64,000 bases of DNA, taken from positions 512,001 to 576,000 of the forward strand of contig CBDBCZ010000017.1 of the NCBI GenBank assembly GCA_965203295.1, read 5' to 3'. The translations under genes and the position numbers were made by a program. This DNA comes from Nitrospirales bacterium. GTDB taxonomy: Bacteria; Nitrospirota; Nitrospiria; Nitrospirales; UBA8639. Shown in pieces: positions 11,751 to 24,486 of this stretch. Numbering within the stretch: position 1 is the stretch's first letter; every line of letters starts with the position of its first letter. The notes below the pieces were generated by a model. The model made no database searches and was not told where the DNA came from. It worked only from the letters and a program-made list of their open reading frames with translations.

Positions 11751-11967
11751 GAAAATTGACAACACTAATACAAGCAGAGACTGACAAAGAGACCTGCAGG
11801 CAATCCTTCTAATTAAGTGCAGAGAGATAGGAAACTTATACTGAGATGCATGCTTGAGCAACACCAATAAACTCATTAGCACAGAAGACAAGACACCAGT
11901 TGTGAACACTAATGAACAGATCTATAAGCAACCACAATACAAAGACCATTAACTGATATAATAAAGT

Positions 11968-12605
11968 TTAGAGTATAGTGTTGCAAAATCTCGCAATTTG
12001 ATTGGTTACTGCATGGTCTCTAAATCTCATAGAGTCCACCTACCGTGGACTCTATAGATACCCCCAGGATATCCGGAACACAAATTAAAATTACGTCATA
12101 ATAGCAGCAAAAATGTAATTACGTTGCAAGCGTGGCAGTACGTAGCCTCGTAAATGCGCCTGGGTACGAGGCTAGGCAGTACGTACCGTTTTAGCAGCGT
12201 TGTAGAGCCGACTAAACTCGCTGCAGAAATGAAGAGAAGCGCTTTCAAGCTTCGATTTGATGTCAGATTCAAGCGAGATGAAAGTCGCAAGCGGCAGCAG
12301 ACTCTCGATACCGAACGATAATATTTATCACCGCCACTTACCAGCCTGGCCGGCTCATCGTCCGACGCATCCCGTATCCACTCTAGCAGCTCGTCACTCA
12401 AGAGGTCCATTGTGCTACCTGAAGTGCTAGCGTAGTTACTGTTGCTATACTCTAAATTGGTTAGATATCTCGTCCAATGGGATCTACGCGATTTAGAAAC
12501 CCTCGGGCCCTTAGTAGCGCCCTCGCTTCGCTCGGGACGCTACAGCCTCGGGCCCTCGGGTTTCTAAATCGCGTAGATCCCATGGACTCGATGTCTAACC
12601 TATAT
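11968..12605 (-). mobile_element. 638-bp foldback element, copy B (inverted relative to copy A)
   Basis: Reverse complement of 9402-10039; same 104-aa incidental ORF. Confidence 0.85.
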
Positions 12606-13062
12606 ATATTACTACAACAACCATTGTGCAGAACCATTTCATCAACCCTCGTTGTTTGGCACCATGATATTGCTGCAACTATTTAAGCAGCTATAAATTA
12701 TTATGCTTGAGTTTACAAAATACCATTGCAAGTGTATACAACATAATGCTACAATGTAATAACATTTGGAAAGAGTATACACACTGTTAAAAATGGGGTG
12801 TTGTGGAACACCCCTTACGCAGTGTAGTGAAACACCCTGACAACAAACGGTGTACATTTGACACCCCTGGGTGTTGGCAAAACGCCCTACTAAACCATCA
12901 ACACCTTTAAGGTGTAATGAAGCACTCCAACCAAAGGGGGGAAAATTTAATGTAAATCCATTGGCACTATGAAGCAGTTCTAGAATGAATGACATGCCTG
13001 TATGTGTTGTATTTGAAAAGATGAAATCACCATTAGGTGTATGTCATGAATAAGTAGCTACC

Positions 13063-16000
13063 ATTAGGTGCTTTACTAAGCAGGGCTTAGGCTCCATTAG
13101 AAAGCTTGAAAGCCACACCTACTAACACCTTCAATTGCCACACCAAACCTGTTTCCTTGCTGTTGGGCATGGTCTGAAGCATATAAGTTGGCTTTGCCTC
13201 CAGAATGTCTTGGTTCAGTATTCTAAGGGCATAGCTCACTTCTACCTTGAATAACAAGGACAAAAGAAGAAAACAAAACTTGTGTTCTCATCAACTCAAG
13301 GAAAATGTAAACCAAAGCTATTTCCTGACTATTGGGCATGGTCTGAAGTATACTGGTTAGGTTTGCCCTCAACATCTCACATTATAGCTCCATAAGGTCA
13401 GAAATTCTACCCAATTAGGTGCTTTACTGAGCAAGACTTAGGTTCTATTAGAAAGCTTGAAAGCCACACCTACTGACACCTTCAATCTCCTAACCAAACT
13501 TGTTTTCTTGCTGTTGGGTATGGTTTGAAGCATATTAGTTGGCTTTTCCTTCAGAATGTCCTTGTTCAGTGCTCTAGGAGCATAGCTCACTTCTACCTTG
13601 AATAATAAGGACAGGGGGTGAAACAAAACTTGCGCTCTCGTCAACACTAGATACTCAAGGAAAACGAAAACTAAAGCAATTTCCTGACTATTGGGCATGG
13701 TCTAAAGCATACTGGTTAGGTTTGCCCTCAATATCTCATATTATAGCTCCATATGGTAAGAAATTCTACCCAATTAGGTGCTTTACTGAGCAAGACTTAG
13801 GTTCTATTAGAAAGCTTGAAAGCCACACATACTGACACCTTCAATCTCCTAACCAAACTTGTTTTCTTGCTGTTGGGCATGGTTTGAAGCATATTAGTTG
13901 GCTTTGCCTTCAGAATGTCCTTGTTCAGTGCTCTAGGAGCATAGCTCACTTCTACCTTGAATAATAAGGACAGGGGGTGAAACAAAACTTGTGTTCTCAT
14001 CAACTCAAGGAAAATGTAAACCAAAGCTATTTCCTGACTATTGGGCATGGTCTGAAGTATACTGGTTAGGTTTGCCCTCAACATCTCACATTATAGCTCC
14101 ATAAGGTCAGAAATTGTATCCAATTAGGTGCTTTACTGAGCAAGACTTAGGTTCTTTTAGAAAGCTTGAAAGCCACACCTACTGACACCTTCAATCTCCT
14201 AACTAAACTTGTTTTCTTGCTGTTGGGCATGGTATGAAGCATATTAGTTGGCTTTGCCTTCATGTTCAGTGCTCTAGGAGCATAGCTCACTTCTACCTTG
14301 AATAATAAGGACAGGGGGAGAAACAAAACTTGCGCTCTCGTCAACACTAGATACTCAAGGAAAATGAACACTAATGCTATTTCCTGACTATTGGACATGG
14401 TCTGAAGCATACCGGTTAGTTTTGCCCTCAACATCTCACATTATAGCTCCATAAGGTCAGAAATTCTACCTAATTAGGTGCTTTACTGAGCAAGACTTAG
14501 GTTCTATTAGAAAGCTTGAAAGCCACACATACTGACACCTTCAATCTCCTAACTAAACTTGTTTTCTTGCTGTTGGGCATGGTTTGAAGCATATTAGTTG
14601 GCTTTGCCTTCAGAATGTCCTTGTTCAGTGCTCTAGGAGCATAGTTCACTTCTACCTTGAATAATAAGGACAGGGGGTGAAACAAAACTTGCGCTCTCGT
14701 CAACACTAGATACTCAAGGAAAATGAAAACTAAAGCAATTTCCTGACTATTGGGCATGGTCTGAAGCATACTGGTTAGGTTTGCCCTCAACATCTCACAT
14801 TATAGCTCCATAAGGTAAGAAATTCTATCCAATTAGGTGCTTTACTGAGCAAGACTTAGGTTCTTTTAGAAAGCTTGAAAGCCACACCTACTGACACCTT
14901 CAATCTCCTAACTAAACTTGTTTTCTTGCTGTTGGGCATGGTATGAAGCATATTAGTTGGCTTTGCCTTCATGTTCAGTGCTCTAGGAGCATAGCTCACT
15001 TCTACCTTGAATAATAAGGACAGGGGGAGAAACAAAACTTGCGCTCTCGTCAACACTAGATACTCAAGGAAAATGAACACTAATGCTATTTCCTGACTAT
15101 TGGGCATGGTCTGAAGCATACTGGTTAGGTTTGCCCTCAATATCTCACATTATAGATGCATAAGGTAAGAAATTCTGCCCAATTAGGTGCTTTACTGAGC
15201 AAGACTTAGGTTCTATTAGAAAGCTTGAAAGCCACACCTACTGACACCTTCAATCTCCTAACCAAACTTGTTTTCTTGCTGTTGGGCATGGTTTGAAGCA
15301 TATTAGTTGGCTTTGCCTTCAGAATGTCCTTGTTCAGTGCTCTAGGAGCATAGCTCACTTCTACCTTGAATAATAAGGACAGGGGGTGAAACAAAACTTG
15401 CGCTCACGTCAACACTAGATACTCAAGGAAAATGAAAACTAAAGCAATTTCCTGACTATTGGGCATGGTCTGAAGCATACTGGTTAGGTTTGCCCTCAAT
15501 ATCTCACATTATAGATGCATAAGGTAAGAAATTCTGCCCAATTAGGTGCTTTACTGAGCAAGACTTAGGTTCTATTAGAAAGCCTGAAAGCCACACCTAC
15601 TGACACCTTCAATCTCCTAACCAAACTTGTTTTCTTGCTGTTGGGCATGGTTTGAAGCATATTAGTTGGCTTTGCCTTCAGAATGTCCTTGTTCAGTGCT
15701 CTAGGAGCATAGCTCACTTCTACCTTGAATAATAAGGACAGGGGAGAAACAAAACTTGCGCTCACGTCAACACTAGATACTCAAGGAAAACAAAAACTAA
15801 AGCAATTTCCTGACTATTGGGCATAATCTGAAGCATACTGGCTAGGTTTGCCCTCAACATCTCACATTATAGCTCCATAAGGTCAGAAATTCTGCCCAAT
15901 TAGGTGCTTTACTAAGCAAGACTTAGGTTCTATTAGAAAGTTTGAAAGCCACACCTACTGACACCTTCAATCTCCTAACCGAACTTGTTTTCTTGCTGTT

Positions 16001-16082
16001 GGGCATGGTTTGAAGCATATTAGTTGGCTTTGCCTTCAGAATGTCCTTGTTCAGTGCTCTAGGAGCATAGCTCACTTCTACC
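13063..16082. repeat. ~350-359-bp satellite array, about 8.5 units
   Basis: Periodic ORF ends at 13438, 13797, 14147, 14497, 14856, 15206, 15565; units differ by two 9-bp indels. Confidence 0.97.
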
Positions 16083-16109
16083 CGATTGTAACTGTGAAGG
16101 AAATAGCAC

Positions 16110-16870
16110 TAACATAATACTGACCTAAGTCTTGCATACTGAAATAATTAATCATAGTCACAACTCTGGTCTTGTGGAACTGAAATGTGAGATATTCAAG
16201 GCAAACCATACCAGTATGATTACAACTAGATCCAATAGTCAGAAAATAGCACTGATCATTATTTCCCCTGAAGAACTCATGTTGACGAGTGAACAAATAC
16301 TGGTGTCATCCATTTGTCCTTATAATTCAAGGAAAACAATCTAGGCCCTTTAGACCACTAGGTTCACAAGGAGACTCCTTCACTCATGTTTTCAACCCCG
16401 GCCCAATAGTTAGGAGACATGCAGGTGTATTATGGGGATTGAAGATGTTAGTAGGTGTGGCTTTCAAGCATTGGAATACCAACATAAGTCTTACTCACTA
16501 ATCATAATTACAACTACTGGCCTTGTGCAGCTAAAATGTGAGATATGCATGGCAAACCATACCAGTGTGATTCTAACTAGGACCAATAGTCAGAAAATAG
16601 CACTGATCATTATTTCCCCTGAAGAACTCATGTTGACGAGCGAACGAATACTAGTTTTATCCATTTGTCCTTGTTATTCAAGGAAAACAATCTAGGCCCT
16701 TTAGACCACTAGGTTCACAAGGAAACCCCCTTCACTTATGCTTTCAACCCTATCCCAATATTTAGGAGACATGTAGGTGTGTTTTGGGGATTGAAGGTGT
16801 TAGTAGGTGTGGCTTTCAAGCACTGGAATACCGACATAAGACTTACTCACTAATCATAATTACAACTACT
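16110..16870. repeat. Two diverged, inverted units of the same satellite
   Basis: TAGTAGGTGTGGCTTTCAAGC (16449, 16801) is the reverse complement of GCTTGAAAGCCACACCTAC; period ~360 bp. Confidence 0.85.
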
Positions 16871-16875
16871 GGCTG

Positions 16876-17570
16876 TGTTCACCAACTCTCACCCACAACC
16901 ATCACTACAACAGCATTCAGGGGAGGGTTGAACTACTTCTCCTGTTTATTGGGATGGAGGTAGGACTAGTGAACTGGTTTTGAGTTCACTTCCACCTATC
17001 AGGGGTGTGTGACCTTCTATAAGCTAACGAAATCGTACCGAAAAGGAGTTATTTACTGTTCACCAACTCTCACCCACAACCATCAATACAACAGCATTCA
17101 GGGGAGGGTTGAACTATTTCTCCTGTTTATTGGGATGGAGGTAGGACTAGTGAACTAGTTTTGAGTTTACTTCCACCTATCAGGGGGGTGTGACCTTCGA
17201 TAAGCTAACGAAATCGTATCGAAAAGGAGTTATTGTCATGACTGTTCACCCACTCACACCCACACCCAGCATTCAGGGGATGGTTGAACTACTAATCCTG
17301 TTTATTGGGATGGAGGTAGGACTTGGTCTGAGCTATCAATTAACATCGAAGCTGTATCGAAAAAGAGATATTGAAAGTGCACCCACTCTCATCTTCAACC
17401 ATCAGCATTCAGGGGAGGATTGAAACACTAGCCCTGGTTATTTGGATGGAGGTAGGACTATACGCTAGTGAACTGCTTTTTAATAGTAGACTTCAAGGGT
17501 ACGTTAAATGTGGTAACAAAATTGTATTGAATGGGAGTTATTAAATATTTACCCACTCTCACCCACAACT
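16876..17570. repeat. ~150-185-bp degenerate tandem repeat (about 4 units)
   Basis: CAGCATTCAGGGGA.G.TTGAACTA..CCTGTTTATTGGGATGGAGGTAGGACT recurs. Confidence 0.85.
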
Positions 17571-18821
17571 ATTATAAGTACAACAGCTAAGTCGAAGGCG
17601 AGTAATGCATCCCTACTGGAAATTTCTTAAGGTCCTGCCTGGGAAACTTGCAGTAAGAGATGGCAAAGTACAGTATTGTATGATGTAATGTTGACTCTTT
17701 GAAAAGAGAATGCATACGTGCTATTGTCACCTGTAGTTGGAATGTAGTCTGGTGTGAATTTTTCAAAAATTGTCACAGTTACTGCTACCACTCATTGCTA
17801 GCTACAGTTAAGTTATAGTTACTATTGCTTAGCATTGACAAGTCCTGCTGGAATTGTTTCAAGAGCTTTCCCACAAGTGTTTGAGCCATCACCAACCAAG
17901 ATGACCTACTAAAAGTAAGTGAAACTGAGTTGGCTATAACACTTATTTATGTACAGTACATGTAACTGCAAAGCAAAGTACTATGAAACTTTTGTTCCGT
18001 ACAGGTCAGCAAAGAAAGCTGTTTGCAGAAACTATACCATGATGGAAGAACTGGAAAGGAAGAGCTGTGGCCTCTCTCCCCTAACTGTGTGGGTGATACA
18101 TAATCTAGCTAGCTTACAATAGCATCTCTGGGGAGGATTAAACTACACTAATCCTGTATACTGTAGAGGTACGTGTAGGACTGGTTTCACACATAGACTA
18201 GCTATGGTTTTGAGAAGACTTTATTTCACCTAGTTGGGGGTGGGGGGGCGGGGTAAGCGTCACCCAATTGTACTGAACAGGAGTTATTGAATGTTCACTT
18301 ACTCTCACCCTTGCAGTACTTGGCACTCTATGCTGTGTGACCACGTTCCAGAATGTGGTTGACTTTATGCCGGGTAAGTATATACTTCCACTATTTATCA
18401 TTTTGTCCATGCATGCATAGCACTAAGTCTGCATGCTGTTATGTGCATACATTCTACATTGTTCTATGCAGGAAATTTGTGATCTCTAAGTAGATGCTGC
18501 TGAGTTACAGCAGCCACAACCATGCACTGCTGGTGGCTGAAGGAACTCTCACAAGCCATGCCGTTTCATTGTGGCAGAAGGAACTTCAATCTTACAAGCA
18601 CAAGTAAAGAATGCATGAAGTCACGAACTACTACATGTAGTGTTTTTTGTATTTCAATAACCTGAACATTGATATTATGCTGTATTGTACAATTTTGTTG
18701 TCACCAATTAAATTTTTATTGAGTTTATTCCACAATGGCTACTTGTGAGTGTTTTAATATTATGGGAGTGCAGAAATACACCTGAACTCTGGGGGTGTAT
18801 GTTTAACACTGCATGAGGGTG

Positions 18822-18935
18822 GTATACCACCATTTAAGGTGTAACATACCACCGTTTAGGGTGTAACATACCACCGTTTAGGGTGTAACATACCACCGTT
18901 TAGGGTGTAACATACCACCGTTTAGGGTGTAACAT
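18822..18935. repeat. 22-bp subterminal repeat (CATACCACCGTTTAGGGTGTAA)x5
   Basis: Direct inspection, ~80 bp inside the right TIR of the EnSpm-type element. Confidence 0.95.
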
Positions 18936-19112
18936 AGAACCCATGGGGAGCTTGGTGTTCACGGCGACTATAGCGCCCCTAAAGGTGTTTGGTTAACACC
19001 CCTTTTTTAACAGTGCAGGAAGATTTAATGGGTGTATTATTGATACATGTTCATATTATGCATGCATGCATGATGCATGCTGTGGCTGTTTGCATGGAGC
19101 TCTGTATAGGCA

Positions 19113-22100
19113 TCATTGAAGCCGAGGCTGCTTACTCAAAGGTGCTCGCTCTTCCACAGAGAGGACCACTGTGAATGAAAACAACACAACTGTTACAATA
19201 TTATCATTATGTTGTTATAAACCTATTTATACTATACAGCTATATAAGAGGTGTGTAATACTTCCCTGCACAATCCCCATGCATGTATGCATGATTGTCT
19301 GGCATCGATAGTCAGCACACATATACATGCATGTATACCCTTGAAGTCTAGTATCGACTCTACTCATACCATATATACCTTGCACAGATGACGTTGGCGG
19401 TGGACTCGTTCCAGGAATATTTCCACCCACCATGCTGTTTGCTGTAAACATAAATAAACAATGCCACGTATCAAAGCCTATAATTATACATGCGTGCATG
19501 ATTAGAATAAAACAAGCCATGCTACATACAACTCACGGCTTCTAGATCTGCAGCTTTCAAAATCATCTACTGAATCATCATCACCTTGACCTGCACGGTA
19601 TATTCAGTATGCAATCAGTAACCAGTATGCAATTGGACATCAGCAAATGTAATCAGATACTGTTATAGGAGAAAGATATATATTGTAGAAATGTAGAATC
19701 GGATACTAAGCACTGGTATCTATTTTCAAAATTAGTAGCCTGAATGTGTGTTTATATTCACAGGATGCTTATTGCACTATGACCATACGAAGCAATCCAA
19801 CTGCTGTGTAGAAGGCGGTGCTCCTGGATAAGGCCTCCTCCACTTAATGAATTCAATTGTACTACTGACCTACTGTAGTTGATGTACTGAGGCTTTCAGG
19901 CTGTATAAGGTGCCATTTTCCTGGTAAGTACTGTAGTAGAGGCTATGAGTGCCTATTCATGTGGGGTGCCTATTCTCGTATACGAGTACTCACTATCGGG
20001 AAATCCAATTGGGTGCCCTTACTTTGTATGGGTGCCTATTATTCTGATTCTACGGTAACTCTCGTGCAAATTTTATAGACTCAGTCAAATTGTATATACG
20101 ATAAGTCAGAGAATACCCTGTGTCAGTACAGACAGATATACAGTTCTCACAGTAGCTACACTAAACATAGCAACCATCTAGCAACCTCAACCACTGCATA
20201 TTATTGTTATCAATATTCCTTACCAGTAGGCGATGTAGGCTGGCCCAGGCGTGTGGAGGTGTTTCTATCTGCATTTCCTTCTCCTTGGTGATGAACCGCT
20301 ATAAAAATGTACAACCACAACTATTGCTTAAGCAAGCAATGAAATGTACAGTAATTGAATTACAAAGGTAGCTTTGTGCTTCCCTCACCATCACGAAATT
20401 GCTGTACTACATGACTTGGGATTCGCTCCTGTGCAATGGCCATGCACTTCAAAGACACAGCGTTTCCTCCATACCCACGACGGGATTTTGAAATATATGC
20501 CTCCTTGCAATTTCCTCTGAGGAATCGCTGCTTGCACTTCTTTCCCATGCGATGAAGGAGAAGGGCACGCTCAATGTCACTAGCTGAGTACATCACCCTC
20601 TCGCTATCATTTTCAGGCTGCGAATTCAGCAAAGCAACAGCTTCAGAAATTCGAAGAGCTAGACACACATCCAGGTGGGAATGAGTCGAGACATCCACGG
20701 ATACAGTTTGGAGCACCTGAATTGTTGAAGCAGTCAACGAACAATGCACTGGATCAGAAGACATGCAAACTAACCAGATACTTCTTGGTTGTCTTGACTG
20801 TCTGCATGTAGCCTGCAAGTTCTCTCAGGAATGCCTGCACCATCTTCTCACTGGAGACACTGGATTCAAACAATACCATCTCTGGGACAGAGGTACTGCT
20901 AGCTGTGAAGGGGGCCATATTCTCGGCAAAGAAATCCCAGCAGTCTTCTTCACTGAACTGTAGCCCCCCAGAAATTGCTGCAAACTGTGAGTTAACGAAG
21001 AAAGATTTTACTTTTTAGCCAACAAAGCAACAGATTTACTTACCTCTAAGAAGAAGTACATGAAGATCGACATAGTGGTTGTGAATCGAGCTTGTGTGGT
21101 GAAGGTTGCCAGGATTCTGGATACAGCTGGGCTGATTTCATTGTTGATGTGCTCCTTTGTCTCCTGCGACATGAATCGCTGACAGAGCTTCAGCACTTCA
21201 CCAACAGAGGCTGAAGCAGTGTCCCGACTTTGCTGCATTTTGGCAAACAAAAGGTTTGCCTCCGGCTCGTCGGTGTGCTCATTGAAGCCGATGTGTATGG
21301 CACGACTATGTGCACGTGGACGTTCACCTCCTAGCTTCCAATTGGAGGACACAACCGGAAGGGTCGAGAAGGATTCGACTCCATACGATCGAGTGCCACG
21401 ACTGGTGCCATTATAGGCATCGATAAACAGCTCTTCCCATGTGTCGGCTGCTTTTGCAGTGATATCATCAATTACCACAGGGATTGTGGTCTTGTTCAGA
21501 ATCTTGAAGAGATATGAGGGGGTGCTCTGATTGTTGAAACAATGTGACTCATGAGCACCAAAGAGGGCTAGGCCACACTTGGCTGCTTCTGATTTGCAGG
21601 AACCAGGGGCTCCTGTCAGCATTGGTACCCCACAGCAGCCAAACATTCTGAGAACATTGAGGTAGTTTGCCCCCATCAAGCATGCTGCTATTGTAGCCAT
21701 TGCAGGCATGAAGTTCTCGGGCATGAACTTCTGAATGGACTGGCATAGGGGAAGGACACTTTCACCATCATCCAATGGAGTGCACACTTTGCATGCCAGC
21801 GTCTCCTCCAAGAGAATGTTGTTGCCATTAACAAGACGCCGCAGCCACAGAAATGGTGATTGACCTTGCTGCAACAGTGAGCCATCTGCTGAAAGCTGAA
21901 CTGAATCAGAGAGAACCCAGTAGGACTTTCCGTCAAGCGTATTCTCTCCAACAAGCCTTGCTGCAACCTTCTTTCCCTGCTCTCCTTCCAACATCTCACT
22001 TGACAATTGCATCATGAGTTTCTTAAACTCACTGTCTGAGAGCAGAAGAAATAGGGCACCGCCTGGGAATAGCTGGTTGATGAATGTTGTGAACTGTTTC

Positions 22101-22482
22101 ACATGTCCGGAGAGCTCCATCATTGGACAAAATAGCACTCTGTGGGGAAGGAAACTGTCATATATAATGCTACTTTGTATAAATTAACTTCTCTCATTTA
22201 ATTTTTACTTGTATGCAGTCATTAGCCTCATACATGCTATGTATATATCCTGTCCCATTCCACCATTCCCACCTGGATACAAGGCTAGGCAGACACTTAC
22301 TCTTTCATGTTGTCAGGATACCTCTCAATTTTCATCAGTATTCCTGGGCCACCACCATCAGAGTTAACGTGAACAGTCCCCAACAGGAAGATTGAAAAGT
22401 TGGAAACCGCCTCCTTGGTGTCTGATTTTTCATTGTAGCGGAAGATTCGGTTCTCTTCGATGCGAACATAAGTGCTTGGCAT
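19113..22482 (-). CDS. P-loop ATPase / putative DUF927- or SF3-like helicase (~704 aa); exons 22482-22301, 22139-21044, 20984-20775, 20716-20389, 20298-20224, 19920-19870, 19590-19537, 19441-19379, 19168-19113
   Basis: Walker A MLTGAPGSCKS, Walker B PVVIDD, AYNGTSRGTR, sensor VVSSN, Arg-finger-like HSRAIHI; nine GT-AG exons join without stops (small 3' exons less certain). Confidence 0.75.
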
Positions 22483-23225
22483 TGTGCAATATGCCACCGT
22501 ACTGTAAACAGGACATGTATGTATACATCGTAATAATAATATTAATGCTATTATTAGTCACTGTATATAGCTACACATGTAGGCTACTCCATGCACCAGC
22601 AACGTAAACAACTGATTTTAGCTGCAAGTACATGTAGTTTCAACTATTATGTAGTACTCTTTCCCAGCCAAGGGCACATTTTATATGTGCCCATAAAAAA
22701 ATACATGATTGTACTTCAGCTGATTTTATATTAACGCCTAATACATGTATACAAACCCAGACATGAGTTTACATTGAACTACATGTATAAAACCCAGCTG
22801 GAGTTAATACAGTAACTGCATACCGAGACTCAGTCTGCCCAAGCTCTTGTCACCACGTACATGTACGCGAGGGGGAAGTAGGAAAACACCGTGCGGTCGT
22901 CAGTAAAAAATCTTCATACAAGAGGTTGTCTTCAATCTGCGAAAAAATAGCTTGTGAGAATACTTAAAGCACTGCAAAGGAACAACAGGTAACCATGCGA
23001 AACGTAACCCAAGCAACATTCAATAATAGGCCTTTATCCATTACTACGTAATTATGACGTCTGGGGGGTAATAGTGGGCACTAATTGGAATTCGAAGCGT
23101 CGCAAGAAGCGCGAGTGCACCACCTGTTCTTTCGTTTTTCTGGACTGTCAGCTGTTTTTCAGTGCTTAGTCCATTTCCAAGGTTAGTTCAGTTATTTTTC
23201 TCTGCAAAAGATATCTCAAAGTTCG

Positions 23226-24377
23226 ATGGCGACCGCAAATGAAGTTTCAGGCTCTTCATCTTCCCCTCACCCTTCGCGGTCTTGTAGCGACGTCCCTATC
23301 CACAAGTGGACTTGCTCTGCGCTCAAAACCTGGCTTAAGGCCCGCGGATTAAGCTATTCAGCAATGAGAAAGGATGAACTAATAGCGAAGTAAGTCCAGA
23401 TGTAAATCGATTATCGGTAGACTGGTAGGGTGGAGCGATTTGTCCCCTCCTTTTTTGTACTTCGGCATGTTTACATTACACAAAATGATAAAGCAAGTAC
23501 AGGTACATGTACACACTACAGGGCAAGTAATGTACACTACAGTGCAACTGATCCTTCCATTAGGGTTGAGGGAGCAATCAGGTGTGGGCTTGATTCACCT
23601 GTAGAGGAGAGTGAAGAAGAAAATGAGGCAGCACCAGACGGTTATGAGGCAACACTATCGTCAGAAAGTGGCTGGATAGATGCCGAGTGTATTGATCTAC
23701 CCCCACTCACCCTCAAGCACATACACCAGTACTTCATAACTGGACGACTGCACAAAGAGCGGGTCACTGCATCAAAGCCATTCGAGAGGGGCTATAGACT
23801 ATTCAGTTCAAGGAAGGTCCAGTGTCTCTCAATTCATGACGTTACCAGTAACTCTGTTTACTGCATCATCCGTGCAACAGTCTTGCCCTCACAGAAATCT
23901 GGAGCATATAAAACAGCCATTGCTCTAAATAAAACAAATGGGCATGTTATATACGGAAGGTGTACCTGTGTCGCAGGTAACTCAGCCTGCAATCATACTG
24001 CTGCACTGATGTTCGCAATAGATGATATGAACAGGGAACGGGCTAGCTGTGGAGCCGGAAGTAGTGGAGCCCCTAGTTCAACCTCGCTGCCCAGGAAGTG
24101 GGGTGTTCCAGCAAAATCTAAGAAAGACCCAACACCAGTGAACATGCTGGAGGTAGTAAAACCTAAGTATGGAAAGCTACCGCAACACACCCCTACTGAC
24201 GTCCAACCCATCGATCCTTCTATTGGCCTAGTACACATGGCTAGAATCATGTCCCTTCGGGAGGACCTAGAAAAGAATTGTAAGGATCAGATACTTTTCA
24301 GTCAGGTGTGGCCATCACAACCAGATGCGAAGCAAGCAGACAGGCTAATGAAAATGCAGGCGAGGCCTAAAACATAA
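23226..24377 (+). CDS. ISL2EU accessory protein, SAP-like + SWIM zinc finger (325 aa); exons 23226-23389, 23564-24377
   Basis: Exon 1 WTCSALKTWLKARGLSYSAMRKDELIAK (SAP-like); CTCVAGNSACNH SWIM; SSTSLPRKW motif; in-frame GT-AG intron. Confidence 0.85.
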
Positions 24378-24486
24378 TGTAATTATATATTAATTGTATG
24401 TAGCTGATTATATTCATGATGCCACAAACACAACATACACACAGTCAACGATAAGAGCACAGAAATAACTTAAGCACAGAAATAAC

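Larger units (their letters stand above)
12782..19015. mobile_element. Non-autonomous EnSpm/CMC-type element (6.2 kb) filled with tandem repeats
   Basis: TIRs CACTGTTAAAAA.GGGGTGTT ... AACACCCCTTTTTTAACAGTG; 2-bp TSD CA; subterminal repeats; no transposase recognised. Confidence 0.85.

Noticed and set aside
10647..11909. Repetitive ORFs on both strands (e.g. MGNTNTE, SLYWCCP); CRISPR-like appearance
   Set aside because: 21-bp tandem units without unique spacers, no cas genes, eukaryotic context
13438..15765. Series of ~95-aa near-identical minus-strand ORFs
   Set aside because: One per satellite unit, no domain or splice evidence
22824..22937. Additional coding exon upstream of the helicase ATG
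   Set aside because: Good splice sites but a stop in every frame; treated as probable 5'UTR
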